Shown: positions 1-13,212 of the stretch, in pieces
Layout: each line of letters starts with the position of its first letter
Position numbering within the stretch: position 1 is the first letter of the stretch
From: Eledone cirrhosa
Lineage: Eukaryota
Reading direction: 5' to 3'
Length of the DNA: 64,000 bases
Assembly (NCBI GenBank): GCA_964016885.1
Contig: OZ024741.1
Span: 124,310,001 to 124,374,000 of the forward strand
Notes under the pieces: generated by a model
What the model was told of the DNA's origin: nothing
Databases searched by the model: none
What the model saw: the letters and a program-made list of their open reading frames with translations, nothing else
Program-made: the position numbers and the translations under genes

Positions 1-1403
1 AGTTTATATAAACTCCACTATTACAAAGCTTCCTCCTAAAGATCGAGTATTTAAAATTGTTGTCCTTTAATGACCATGTAAGCTGTGACAAAGACGTCGA
101 AGACTTCCTATTAGAATTCGAAAATGAGCATTTGTGATTCGCAAATCTTGCTTTAAATGTTGAAGAAGTTGCTCCTATGTAGTTGTATGTGTTGTTATTT
201 GTTTTTACGGTGCATTTATACACCAAATTTCTATCCAAACAAATATTTTGCAGAGGGCAATCTGGTTTATTTCTGCAATTACATTTTGATTTATTATTAT
301 TTATATTAACACTATTATTAATATCGTTATGTTGATTTTGATTTAGAATTTTACTGTTTATTTTAGCGATGTTTTGGGCTATATTCATAGTTGTAGAATA
401 AGATAATTTAATAGTGTGTCTATTAAAAATGGAATGGTATTTATATTGACTAGGGAATGAACTATCCAAAGCTTTAAAAAATAGATAGGTTATTGGTGTT
501 CTTACTGCTACAGAAGTAGGGGTGGGGGCAAACCATATAACTGATTTAGTTCTGGTTCTTTACCCCGATTTATTCATAGTACAGACGTTTGAATTATGAT
601 TACTAGAATTTACAGAATTTCGTTTCTATATGCCATTACTTTTATCGGGATTAAAACTTGGATTATTATTGTCTATATATTCTATATTATTTTTATAACC
701 TGCCTTTTTCAGCGCATCATTGTAATATCCTGCATTTTCATCAAATATTAATTTATTGGCAGAAATTCTATTAATGCGTTTTTGCACGCTATTTACAATT
801 GCTTTTTTCACTGACTTAGGGTGGTTGGAGTAATAACTAACGTAATTTAAGTTTTCGTCGGGCTTGTGGAAAGGGTAATAAAAACCAGAGTTTAAGTTAA
901 AGGTAACATCAAGGAAATTAACTATTTTGGTACCACATTCTACCTCTAGTTTAAGGTCGTAAATTTTAAAGAATTCAATTATATTTTTCTTTACTCTATT
1001 TAGTTCTATATTGTTGTGTTTAACTACCGTAAATAAAATATCGTCCCTTCATTGTCGAAGTTAATAAGAGTTCTTCTAGCAGTTAATATGATAGCAATTT
1101 CATCCGTAGTTAGATCAGTATGTTTGTAAGCGTATGATAAAGCCTTATTTAGTAGCTTGGGTGTTATGGAAGAGTAATAGCTTGTTATGTCCATCTAGAT
1201 GAATTTGCGGTTTTTCTTATCAGCTATATTCTTATACCATTCAATGACTTCGTTTGTATCCTTCCACAAGCTCAATTTAGACCTCAATTTCACAGTAGGC
1301 AGAATTCTATCAATAATATTTTTACTGATTACTCCAATATCCGATTTGGATGGAACAATCAGTCTAACTGGCAGGTCTTCCTGTGGATCATTCATGCGTT
1401 TGC

Positions 1404-1405
<2 letters not shown>
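1..1405 (-). mobile_element. Penelope-like element, Naiad-like, decayed (RT + GIY-YIG), running off the window start
   Basis: Minus-strand translation gives RLIVPSKSDIGVISKNIIDRI, MDITSYYSSI, RDD, VNFLDVTFNL, SNHP, IFNRHTIKLSYS, CNCRNKPDCPLQNIC and LVYKC..YIG..FKARFANH. It has a stop, an internal deletion across RT motif B, and a 5' end abutting (TA)n at about 1410. The clade assignment is inference. Confidence 0.88.
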
Positions 1406-1460
<55 letters not shown>

Positions 1461-2597
1461 CTCATTTTGAGATGGTTTGTGGAGACTCAGAAAGTTGGAT
1501 TTGCACTTTGTTTTTTATGTATATTTAACAAACCATAATAGCTGATTAATATTGGTCTATTTCTCCACTGAACTGGAGGTAAAACTACTAACAATTATTA
1601 TAATTATTTTTCTTTATTAAATGTATACCGTTTCATTAATACCTATTATATCTATATATAGTTTGTACAATTGTACAAATATCTTTATCGTAGTTACATT
1701 TATAAATAATTTAAACACTCAAATGACATTATTATAAGTGTTTGGTTTTCCCTGGAAGGCTGAACTTATATAATTATATAATCATTTACTTAATACAATA
1801 TATGAACAAATAATAAACTATAATCTTGGTATATTATGATCAATATGATATATATAGCTGAAAATTCTGACTTCTTTAAGTTTAATTATAAGACCTATTG
1901 ATACGTTAGGCACTCAAACTATTTAACAATAAATTCTTTAATAGTTATAACTATAAATATCTTATAAATTATATTATAGATTATAAGTAATTTTGGTAAA
2001 GTTTACCTTCGTGGGATATCGAACATTATATGTATATTTTCTTTCTTTCGTGAGTTTCGTAAATTCTTTAAATTTGTCTTCATAGAATTTGAATTTTAGA
2101 AATTTAACATAATTATATTATAATATTAATACAAATACCTAATAACTTTTAAAATCTAAAATTTGATTCTTTACCCTGAAATAACATAAATTAAATGTTT
2201 TGAAAATTAACCGCCAAATATGCTATATATGAATCTCTGTGTGTGTAGAAACTTGAGCATAAATTACTACCCTTTGTCTCTCACTTTCTTTAATCATCTT
2301 TCATCTGTCTTCTTAAGCTAAATACTAGATAAGTTATAACATCAGCTACTTCTTCCTCTATGCTTTTCTCTCCCTCATATTTCTATATTAGTTTTTAAAT
2401 ATTAAAAATTCTATAACTGTTATATTGATGCCATGTATTTCTTAAAATATATTACTCACACTCTCTCTATTGATTGTATTACGTTTTCTCATGCTCTCAA
2501 TATTAAGGTATAAATATTGAGTTTTGTCATAAGTTAATCACTACCTTGATTAAATCTTAAATATCTACCATGTCAGGGTATGTCATATATCATTTCA

Positions 2598-2655
2598 TTT
2601 CATCTGATGAGGACGTACTGTTGAACTTAATTCAGTACATCTGAAATATGTATAA
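2598..2655 (+). ncRNA. Degenerate type I hammerhead ribozyme
   Basis: CTGATGA (2604-2610), then stem II gacgtactg/cagtacatc, then GAAA (2643-2646). Stems I and III are poorly formed. Lies about 150 bp upstream of a (TA)n tract. Confidence 0.5.
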
Positions 2656-2802
2656 TAAAATATAAATGATCACAATAATATCTATTTTGTTAATATTTGG
2701 AATTAATATGAATAACTCTGGAAAATATTTTTTTCTGTACAGTGCTTCCAATCTATTGTAAAACTCATTCTTTGATGTATTCATTGAATCTTGTTTAACA
2801 CT

Positions 2803-2865
<63 letters not shown>

Positions 2866-3077
2866 CGTTTCTGAATTTGTTTAGCAAGATTCTTTATCTG
2901 AAATCGTGTGTTGAAACCGATATTGTTATACTTTGGGAGGGTCATGTTGCCAATAAGAAACACACGCACCAGTTGCTTTCACTTCAATTTATTATATATT
3001 TATAAATTTACAAATTTATAAATTTATAAATTTCTGGTTGGTTGGTTGGTTCCACAACCAGATAGTTGTTTATATAT

Positions 3078-3122
3078 AGTCATAGTCCTTTCGTCACACA
3101 CTCTGTGGCCTCTTCAGTGACT
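3078..3122 (-). ncRNA. Minimal type I hammerhead ribozyme (inverted-arm copy)
   Basis: Reverse complement of 3866-3910 with one change in stem II. Confidence 0.85.
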
Positions 3123-3333
3123 GGGGATTCCTTTCTTTGTTTCTGTGCCTCTCCTTTCTCTGTCCTACGCCATTTTGTTTCTGTGTGTGTGTTGTGTGCT
3201 CAGTTTGCGCATACGCCACATCCGGGTGTCTGTGTGTGTTTATGTTCATTTATCTATTTGTTTATTTATTTATTTATTTACATGTTATTGGTTGGTTGTT
3301 TGTTCTATGTGTGTGTGTGTTTTCATTTTGTCC

Positions 3334-3720
3334 TTAATTGTAAGTTGTGATGTTGCTGTTCCACTCATATTTTCTATTTAATTTTGGTTGCAATTCTTTT
3401 ATGTTTATTGCCTCTGTAATTTGTCTAAACATTGCATCTTTTCTGTGTGTAGATTCTATTTTTATTTCTATGTTCTCTAATTTACCCTTGTGTTCTATCT
3501 TAGCATGTTGGTAGAGTACAGATGATTCTTTATTATCTTGAAGGTCCCGCCAGTGTTCCTTTATCCGTTCCCCTATACTACGAGCTGTCTCACCTATGTA
3601 CACTATATTTTTGTTTCTACATTGTCCTTCAGTACATCTTATGCTATACACTACATTTCTAGTTTTACAGTTAATATGGGGCCTTATTTTACAGGTTATA
3701 TATTTCTTATCTATACATGA
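3334..3720 (-). pseudogene. GIY-YIG endonuclease fragment of a PLE
   Basis: NCKTRNVVYSIRC...VYIGETARSIGERIKEH...RQITEAINI...PKLNRKYEW. The upstream part of ORF 3334..3843 is spurious because it reads the inverted arm. Confidence 0.9.
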
Positions 3721-3865
3721 TAATAAACAAATAGATAAATGAACATAAACACACACAGACACCCGGATGTGGCGCATGCGCAAACTTAGCACACAACACA
3801 CACACAGAAACAAAATGGCGTATGACAGAGAAAGGAGAGGCACAGAGACAAAGAAAGGAATCCCC

Positions 3866-3910
3866 AGTCACTGAAGAGGTCACAGAGTGTGTGACGAAAG
3901 GACTATGACT
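3866..3910 (+). ncRNA. Minimal type I hammerhead ribozyme
   Basis: agtca-CTGAAGA-g-gtcaca(gagtg)tgtgac-GAAA-g(ga)c-TA-tgact. Confidence 0.88.
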
Positions 3911-4122
3911 ATATATAAACAACTATCTGGTTGTGGAACCAACCAACCAACCAGAAATTTATAAATTTATAAATTTGTAAATTTATAAATATATAATAAA
4001 TTGAAGTGAAAGCAACTGGTGCGTGTGTTTCTTATTGGCAACATGACCCTCCCAAAGTATAACAATATCGGTTTCAACACACGATTTCAGATAAAGAATC
4101 TTGCTAAACAAATTCAGAAACG

Positions 4123-4186
<64 letters not shown>

Positions 4187-6095
4187 CATTTTTACTGCCT
4201 GCTCTCTATATTTGGTTCGTCGGCTTGATTGCCTTATGTTTAATTGGGTTTCTGTAGTTCTAAAGTAGATATTTCATAATAGTTTTCTTGTTACGAAATA
4301 CGCTTAACGTTTCGTGTCGGTTCTTGTATTCTATATCCAGTGATTACTTACATGCTCTTGACATTTCGTTTAGTGCCAGTTGTGTATATTACAACTGGAG
4401 AAATTACTGCCTGAACATACGAGAGTATTGATACATATTCCTTTATTTTGGCATTTAGCTCGTTTTGCTACTCTTTTCTCTCAGTTGTATATGTTGGTAA
4501 CTCTACTCCGCAGGACATTGTTTTATAAGTGTTTGTACGTTTATATTTACTCGAAAGTTATTGTTTCTATCTATCACCAGGGCGGGAGAATGTCAGTATC
4601 GCTAGTAATTTGGACAATATACTTTCTGACATATAGTTACCTCCCTTTTCGTTTTAAGTGCAAATCCCAGCGAGGTTAACTTTGCCTTTTATGTTTACGG
4701 GGTCAATAAAAAAGTACCACTGCTGTCGATTTAATTGTCTTTCCATTCCCTCAAATTGGTGGCGTTGTGCCTAAATCAGAAACACTTTTTTCTATTTGTT
4801 ACTAATAACATTATAATGTATTTGGTTATTGATTAGAGAGTAGTTAAAATATTAAATTCATAAGAATTGATAATCCATATTGCGTTACTGTTAGCTAATT
4901 AATTTAATTACGTATAACATATATAGTATGAATGGTGAGATTAATGGAAAATCAGTTTAATCTCGTATACTTAGAGAAGTAACATTAATAACATAAAATT
5001 TCCTATTTATGAATTGATTTATAACATTGTTTCATCCAGGTTTTGCAGTTGTTAGTAGTTTGTATTATCAGCGTTACCTTCTAGCGTTGGTATTTTCTCA
5101 CGCCATCGCTGGAATGTTGGGTTAGTCGATTTCTAACATACCACACCGAAGCAATCAACGTTATGTTACATCTTCAACGCAACATCCATTAATCATGGGG
5201 GATTACATTGTTGTCTGTTTTCTTTTCAATTGATTATAATGTTCCTACTTATTGTTATTATATCTTCCGTGTGGAAGATATAATATGGGTGGTGGATTGG
5301 CAGTATTTGTAGAGCGTTTGACAATTGCTATGTGCCAAAGAGTTGCGTCCCTATGCGTTGTTAGTTTCAATCCCGTCGAAGTTAGCTCCCATTCTTACGG
5401 GAATGATAAAATAAGGGCATGTAATACACCGCAGTCGATACAATCGACTTTTCCATGCCCCTAAAAAAATTGACATTGTGCCTAAATCAAAAAACAATTA
5501 TTACCATTATCTGTAACCAAACAACTTTCCCAGCGTTGCAAACCTAGTACCAGCTGTAAGGTCGTCTTTTTTATTTGTTATTCGAGAACTAAGCAAAGTA
5601 TTCTAGTAATTCCAAATAGTAGTTTTTTGCAGACGTTCAGTCATCAATTTGACTTCAATCTTGTCTCTCAATTTAGAAAGTTCAGTACTTATACTTCCTC
5701 AGCACCTGCAACAATGGAAATAACTTTCATGTTTTTTAACTGTCCACAACTTGAATAATTCATATTTTAAATTATCATAGTGTTCTAGATCACCTTCTTT
5801 CTCGGACATTCTATTGTCTGTAGGAACCACAATATATATAATTATTTAGGTTCCCTCTTCCTTATTTATTTCTACAATGTTCGCCTTTCTATCGAAAGAT
5901 TTCTTACCATATTCAATCATAATTTCCTGTAAGACTTTTATAGTTATCGTTTTCAATCTCAGCTTCCGGGATTTGCCTATACAATTCGTACCTTTTACAT
6001 AATGACCAATGTATGATTTTTGCTACATTGTCGCCAACTTCGTACATTCGCTAACAATATGCTTCACTGTTGCAGTTATCGCTATCAGTCGTATA

Positions 6096-6221
6096 TTCTT
6101 CTTCTTCTTCTTCTTCTTCTTCTTCTTCTTCTTCTTCTTCTTCTTCTTCTTCTTCTTCTTCTTCTTCTTCTTCTTCTTCTTCTTCTTCTTCTTCTTCTTC
6201 TTCTTCTTCTTCTTCTTCTTC
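6096..6221. repeat. (TTC)n/(GAA)n microsatellite, probable expanded LINE tail
   Basis: Pure trinucleotide run directly after an RTE-like 3' end on the minus strand. Confidence 0.95.
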
Positions 6222-8290
6222 TCGGGAGGGTCGTGGGTGCAGGGTCCTCAAGCATACCTTCCAGTATCCTGTCAGATTTTGCTTGTATTAAATTTCTAGT
6301 AGAATCGTTTAAGATTTGCATGAAATCGTTGAGTCTGTTTAAAACACGACGTTTTTCATATCGTATGACTATGTGGGTCTTACAGCTATTTGTTGTATCA
6401 GCCATCCTTTAGTTTCGGTGATTTCCTTTTCTGTTGTATTATATTTCTTTTATATTTCTATTTTCTTTGCTTTTCCTAGTTTCGGTGTATTTTTACCATT
6501 TCATTTAAGATTAAAAAGATTTTTGTTTATTTTCTAACTTTTTTGTATCTGAATTCCTTGTATCTAAAAGGGTCACACATTTTGTTTTATAATTATAGGG
6601 GCTGTAACATATATTATGTTACTTAGCTGTGTGATACTAATAGTTCTGTTTGTAGTAAGATTATGATAGCCAGGTTAGCCTTTTTCCAACATATCCTTTT
6701 ATGTTTGGGACTTATATTATTTCATACTAAGGGATATGTTATCTTCATTGTAGTTCTTGGATTATTCCTATCTTTATCCTATTGTACTCCTGACTTCCGT
6801 CTTCAAGGTTTCTTTCATCTACATCTTCCTCCGCATATTTCCATTTATTTGTATGTTTGGCTGAGTTGTCCTCAATCAGATTTGTGTACGTCTTTTAATG
6901 CTAGGGTTTCTTGTTCTTTGTTCTTTACGTTATATCGATGATTTGTGTTTACATATTCAATATTCTTTATATTCCTTAGTTGTGTTGTATTCATTATTTG
7001 TGTTTTCGAATAAACGCTCTATTTCAATGTATGATATTTGTTTAAATATATATCTTCTTATATTAGCTAGTATTTTGTGGTGGATCACTTTTCTCACAGA
7101 CTTTCTCTATATATTCTGTTGTTTTCTTTTTGTGAAATAATCATATAGAATAGATACATTTTTCTTTCATTTTTGTGGCATTCAAGGTATTAATCCGGCC
7201 CTTCAATTTTTGTGTCGTTTCTATGTGTTTAGATTTTTTACACGCATAGTTTTCCCATACAAAGTATTTACCTCCAAATCTTTATTCGCTTTTTCTGGAA
7301 TTATACGGTGTTTATTTGTTTCAGTTTTAGTTTTTGTTGTGTTAGTCTGTGATTGTTTAGTTTTGTTTATACATCTTTCGTTACGCACGTGTTTTTATAA
7401 TATTAACACTTGTAATACATGCATCGATTTTTGCTGTTTTCTCTTTGGTTTATTATTATAATTTTCTGTTGCTGTTTAAGTCGTCATAGAAAAAGAAAGG
7501 TTTGCTGTCTTTAAAAAAGCGTCTTGTCGGGATTCTTCTTTGAGAATTTGTATAGATATAATAGATATACAGATAAATATCTGTCTATTATATATAATTC
7601 TATTACTTTTTTGATCGGTTTTCTGTACTTTTGCTGTTGATTTCCTAGAGAGTGTTTATATTTCTATGTATGTTGTTCTTTATATTGCTTCAAACTTTAT
7701 ATGTTGATATACATGGATATTTGTGAACGTAAAAAACCATCTCTGATTAATGTAGTCGATGTATAACTTAGCTGATTAATGCTGTTGATATTGACGTTTA
7801 CATCAGCGTACATTATTGCTATATTAGGGCTGTCTCCATTATTTTCTTTTATTTATTTTTTTTTTCGCTATTCATTTTACGTATGGTCTTTCGTCGATGT
7901 ACTGGAAGATCTATCGATTATATTTATTGAATTATTTCTGCATTTATTTTATTGTGATGTTCAAAATTGCCAAATATAGTATGTTCTTCTATTAGATGTT
8001 TCTAATATTAATTTGTCTTCGTATTTTTATTGATGGAGTTGTGACTTAGTTTTTTAGTCAATATTCTATAAATATGCTAACATTTGATTGTGTTGTCTTT
8101 TTTGGATCTCATTTGTATATTTTCTATTCCATAGTTAAATTTAGGATTTATTTTCTCAATCTTTGTAGTTTTAATGTGTATAATGGTATTATTTATTTTG
8201 TTTACTATTCATTCATTGTTTCTTTTTCTTTATGTATTATTTATTTATATGTTGACTACTGACTAAGAATGTTAGGGTTGTATGTAGAGA
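6096..8290 (-). mobile_element. Heavily decayed RTE-like LINE remnant
   Basis: The minus-strand end ctggaaggtatgcttgaggaccctgcacccacgaccctcccga(gaa)n resembles the RTE end at about 19650-19731. Faint APE-like residues (IMYADVN, YIDYI) lie near 7750-7830. The 5' boundary is uncertain. Confidence 0.45.
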
Positions 8291-8708
8291 ACGACTTAAA
8301 GTGTTGGTATCCAAAGTGATCTCCAGATTAAGGTTATTTCTCTGTAGATATTACAGGTATAAATTGAGGCATTGACGTATTTGGATTATGCGTGCAATAC
8401 GTGAATGCTGGACAGTTACGAAAATCACTTTATCAAATGTATAATACATGGTTTTGTAATGATATTTTCCGTGAAGTCTTATAATGTAATATGGTTTAGC
8501 TAATAGAAATATATAGTTAGCAGTTTTGCTACTTCAATCACACATTAACACACACGACACATGATTAAATCACGATAAGATCTCTGATAAACTTCTATGG
8601 ATACGAAAGAATAAACATAATGATTTAGTGTTTTTCTATTGTAAGTAATAATATTTACTTGGAAATTAAAATAATATGAGACAGAATCAGTCTGCTATAT
8701 TTACTAAT

Positions 8709-9098
8709 AATTGTTTCTACTTTTGGCACAAGGCCAGCAATTATCCCAGTGTATTACTTTATTTAATCGAGCCGTAAGGATGAAAGGCAAGGTTAACCTC
8801 AGCGGGATTTGAACTCAGACCATAAAGAGCCGTAACTCATTTACTGCAAAGCATGGCGTCCAACCCTTTACCGATACTACCAATCCACGGCCTATTCACC
8901 GCTATATTTACTAATAATTGTTTCTACTTTTGGCACAAGGCCAACAAATACCCAGTGCATTACTGGTACTTTATTTTATCGACCCTGTAAGGATGAAAGG
9001 CAAAGTTAACCTCGGCGGTATTTGAACACAGAATGGCAAGGGCCGTAACTCTATGCGTCAAAGCATGGCATCCGACCTTCTACCGACACTGCCAATCC
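8709..9098 (-). mobile_element. Two tandem copies of the dominant tRNA-derived SINE (8709-8892, 8916-9098)
   Basis: Match the consensus ggattggcagtatcggtagag...gagttcaaatcccgccgaggttaactttgcctttcatccttacggggtcgataaaataaagtaccag...gtgccaaaagtagaaacaatt, with a B-box-like GTTCAAATCC. Flank ttactaataat is repeated. Confidence 0.85.
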
Positions 9099-10084
9099 AT
9101 TACTAATAATGTTTGCTAGCTGGTAAGTATCGGATGAGAAAGAGCTATTAACTATTCATAGAATCATAGAGATAACCAGGCGCATCTTGTTCATTTTACT
9201 TCTAGTGGGGCCCATCTCTCACTAGGAGGAACAGAGCCACTAATTTCGTTCAGAGAATAACAGAAAGGGAGAGAAGGGGGAATCGACCCCAGTACTGAAC
9301 ATTCACCGTCTTATATGCATATCCAATGGGAATATTCATTACTGATGCTAAATATGTCTGTCATTAAACGTCCTTATCAATCAATTAAACATTAGTTAAT
9401 GTTATCATTAAATTTCATATTAGTAATACGGAATTTAACACTTTAGATATTTTAAAATCTAAACGTAGAATCAAGTTAATTCCGTGTAATTACTTTGTAA
9501 TTTGCTATATATTAAATATTTAAAACGCATTTTATATTTGTGTTGGTGCTCTGAAAAAGCGATGTATAAATGAATTAACGTATTGTATATTTAATAATAT
9601 ACTGCATGATGGCCTTTTGCTTTGAATTGAAGGTAGTGACTAAAGTCACATACCTAGCTTCAGTAAAACAAAGGGAAATAGCCGACGATCGTTTCTCCCT
9701 ATTTAGTGGATATCAAGGATATATATCCCTTGCTTCTGTTGTGAGCTGTAGAAGGTGGATTCTTATAGAATTCCAGTTATGTTTATGGGTTGTTTAAACT
9801 CATTAACATACGGAGTGGTTGCAGGCCCAGCAACAATTAGAAATTTGTGTTGGTGCTCTGAAATAACGACTTATATTTGAATGTACGTATTGTATATTTA
9901 ATAATATACTGTATGTTTATTTTAAAACATTTTGAAGGCCTTTCGCTACATACAATATATTATTAAATATACAATACGTACATTCACATGTTATATTATT
10001 TTCCGATAATATATATTGGGCACAGGTCAGGAAAAAGTTTGTTTTCAAATCCATATACAGAAATATCAAAATTGAGGGTAGAAT

Positions 10085-10560
10085 AATTGGTATGTCCTTC
10101 AACACCAACTCATTAGCACCAATGAGCTAATACGACACTTGAAGCAGCTCTGTGATAATCACTTTCGTAAATGGCTTGCCTCCATTACATTCTTGAAATG
10201 GTGTTGAAGAAAGTCTTCGAGATATTTTACCCATCATTTTGTCCCTGTATGCCAATGTTCAAAAGGTTTCATAAACATTGAAAGTCCATCGATAAGTCTT
10301 TTTATGAAACTATCCTGGACGAGGATGAGCCTATGGAAGATATTTACGAGCAAAAGAGGGGGATGGTTGAAAATCTACTGACTGTAGTGCTTTCTGGAGA
10401 TCATTTCCGAGAAGACTATGCCGAGTTCATAAAGTTCTCCCTCCTCTATCTCCGTGTTGCTGGCCAACTCCCCGCTTCTCCTACTTCGTCCCACGAGCTT
10501 ACCACCAGGCTCATTTGATGGCTAAAGCTATATATGTAATCAAGATAGTTCTTTTCAAAA
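10085..10560 (+). pseudogene. Decayed hAT-superfamily (hATm-like) transposase fragment
   Basis: GMSFNTNS (like FDTT), WLA..ILEMVLKKVF (like LACRHHILE), REDYAEF, and AYHQAHLMAKAIYVIKIVLF (like HHARWMAKAIY), across frameshifts. Confidence 0.7.
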
Positions 10561-11065
10561 AAGACTTTTGCATACACTACGTGAGTCGAGTAAAACTAGT
10601 AAAATTCGCTTCCGCTTATAAATTTCATTCATAATAAGTGTTGGTCTATTTAACGCCAATATCATTTAGAATACATTCCGCCTGATTATTTTTCATTTCA
10701 TTTTGTTCTGTTATGTAGCTCATTCATTGGATTCAGTAAAGAGAAGAGAAAGGACAATATAGCACAGATTAGGTCAAAACAAATGTCATAAATAAAAAAG
10801 ATGAAAAAGTGTGTAACCTCTAAAGATTATTCGATTGATGAGCATACTTCGTTATTTTATCCTCCCGTGTACGGACGTTATCAATATGATAGGCAGATAG
10901 TTTGTAAAATGGATCTCCCTATTATACATACATACACACACACATACACACACACACACATATATATATATATACACACACCCCCTACACACATATACAC
11001 ATATATATATGTATACAATCCCCCACCACCACCACCACCACACACACACACACACACATATATAT

Positions 11066-12022
11066 ACTAGACATGAAAAATGCGCAAGCTCAAAAGTGCC
11101 ACAGAATGTTATAATAAACCTTCAAAAGTGTGGGACTAGAGTTGTTGCTAAAAAATATTGTAATCATTATAAATCGTACATTCTGTGGCATCCTTTATAA
11201 AAATAGCTTAAACCAACGAAGCCTTTATTTTTACGCTATTTCACTTAGTTAATTCTTAGAGTCTAACATATAAAAATATGATTTACAACTATAAAATAAA
11301 TTAATTAATATAATAACAGAGCTGCGGAGCTGAAATTTAGGAAATAATGGAGTATCGGATCCTGAGTTGGAGCCAGTCAATTTTTGGTCGACTCCGCAGC
11401 CCTGTATAATACATTTCATATTAAAGTTATTAATAAACCTATTTTACGCTGCATGCAAATTACCATGAGATATTGATATTAGATATAAGATACAGCGCAA
11501 TATCTACAGCTGTAAAAGTACGAAAGCGAAGTAATAATAAGTGGCTTAAGGTAATTCCAATATGAAAATTTGTAGCGATAAAAATTTGATAATGCAATAC
11601 GACTGTTAATATTATAGTTCTATGAAAATGTAACAATAGATAACTAAATTATTTTACTATTAGTATATTTAATAAATTATCATTATAGATTTGATCGTTC
11701 ATATAAGCATCATATTAATTTTCAACACAATTATTTTGTTACTATGAGTATATGATAATAATATTACGTAATTATTTATAGCTGTTATTACATTAAACAT
11801 AGATGTATTTATTTTTATATGTTACACTCTAAGAATTAACTAAGTGAAATAGCGTAAAAATAAAGGCTTCGTTGGTTTAAGCTATTTTTATAAAGGATGC
11901 CACAGAATGTACGATATATAATGATTACAATATTTTTTAGCAACAACTCTAGTCCCACACTTTTGAAGGTTTATTATAACATTCTTTGGCACGTTTGAGC
12001 TTGCGCATTTTTCATTTCTAGT
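11066..12022. mobile_element. Non-autonomous element with ~210-bp terminal inverted repeats (11066-11278, 11810-12022)
   Basis: Near-identical inverted arms, an AT-rich non-coding centre, and both termini ending CTAG|T. No clear TSD. Confidence 0.75.
11317..11404. mobile_element. 88-bp hAT-type MITE nested in the long-TIR element
   Basis: TIRs CAG(A/G)GCTGCGGAG; 8-bp flanks tataataa / tataatac match at 7 of 8 positions, consistent with a TSD. Confidence 0.7.
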
Positions 12023-12574
12023 TTAATATTTTTTTAAGGCAACGCTTGTAATAACTCTAGTTAAACAGGATATATATTAATAATAAATTATCGTTGTAAT
12101 GTAATTAGATTATGTAATTGTTATTATAAATTATCTTATAAATATTAGTGTAAGATGTATAAAAATATTTTCAGACTTTTAATATAAACAACTACAAAAA
12201 ACAATCAATATTAAATCAATATATTATACATAATAGAAAACATAAAATAAACAATACAAAAACAAAATATTTACATACAATTGCAATTATCAGTGTATAT
12301 ACATTTTCTTTATATTCCCTGAGCAAATTAATAAGATTTGTTTTTATTGTACATAATTTGATGACTTGTTGGAGTGTATTAAAAGATAGCAACAATTTGT
12401 GATTAAAGTGTTATCTTAAGCAACTCACTTTTTAATAGTTGTTGGCTGAGCGAAATTGTAAAAGCCTATGAGCAAATATAAAAAAAATACACAAACAACA
12501 TTTCCTTGTGTTATTACAACATTAGATAAAATAATTGAGCAATGTCGTTATATTTTGCTCTTATTGCACATTAA

Positions 12575-12745
12575 TAGTGTTTCTATTTTTCGGCACAAAT
12601 CCATTACGGCAGTCCATTACTGGTACTTTATTTTATCGAATTAGTAAGTATGAAAGTCGAAGTTAACCTCGGCAGGATTTGAACTTAGAATGCAAAGGAC
12701 CATAACAATACTGCAAAGCATGGTGTCTGACGCTCTACCAATACT
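12575..12745 (-). mobile_element. tRNA-derived SINE (dominant family), diverged
   Basis: Similar to 8709-8892. Confidence 0.75.
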
Positions 12746-13212
12746 TGTGTTGAGGTGGTCATTAATTTATGGTGGTCGTGCGTGGAGTAGAGCAATCGCT
12801 AGTTGAAATATTATGAACAAAACATTTTTATTTGCCGAAGAACATATTTTCAATACTGTTTGTGAATGTGACGAAGGAAATACATTCTGATATGGAACAG
12901 TGTACAAAGTGTGTCTGTGAATAACATAATGTTACCTCATGTTGTTGTCAAGACATAATGGATTTCGTATATCCAGTTAGAAGATGAAACCTAGCCATCT
13001 CGGTTTAGTTATATTTCATGCCATGTGTAAACGTGTTTGAGGATAGCAAAATATGCGTGTTTCTTGTCTGGAAACTTTCTGCTAAACTGATTGGTTTCGT
13101 TTTTGGCACTATACAATACTCATCCAACAGATAGCTGTATTGGATCCTTGATTGGTTAATATTTAGGTGAGGGTGCTTGATGCAGAGTTAGTGCAAAATG
13201 GATCAATGAGTG

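Larger units (their letters stand above)
2863..4124. mobile_element. 5'-truncated PLE with inverted duplication of its 3' end (arms 2863-3262 and 3722-4124)
   Basis: About 400-bp inverted repeat with roughly 5 substitutions by eye. It encloses a GIY-YIG fragment, has an HHR in each arm, and both outer ends abut (TA)n. Confidence 0.9.

Noticed and set aside
4290-4400. Minus-strand GAAACGTT and GAAATGTC half-cores
   Set aside because: No matching CTGANGA or consistent stems.
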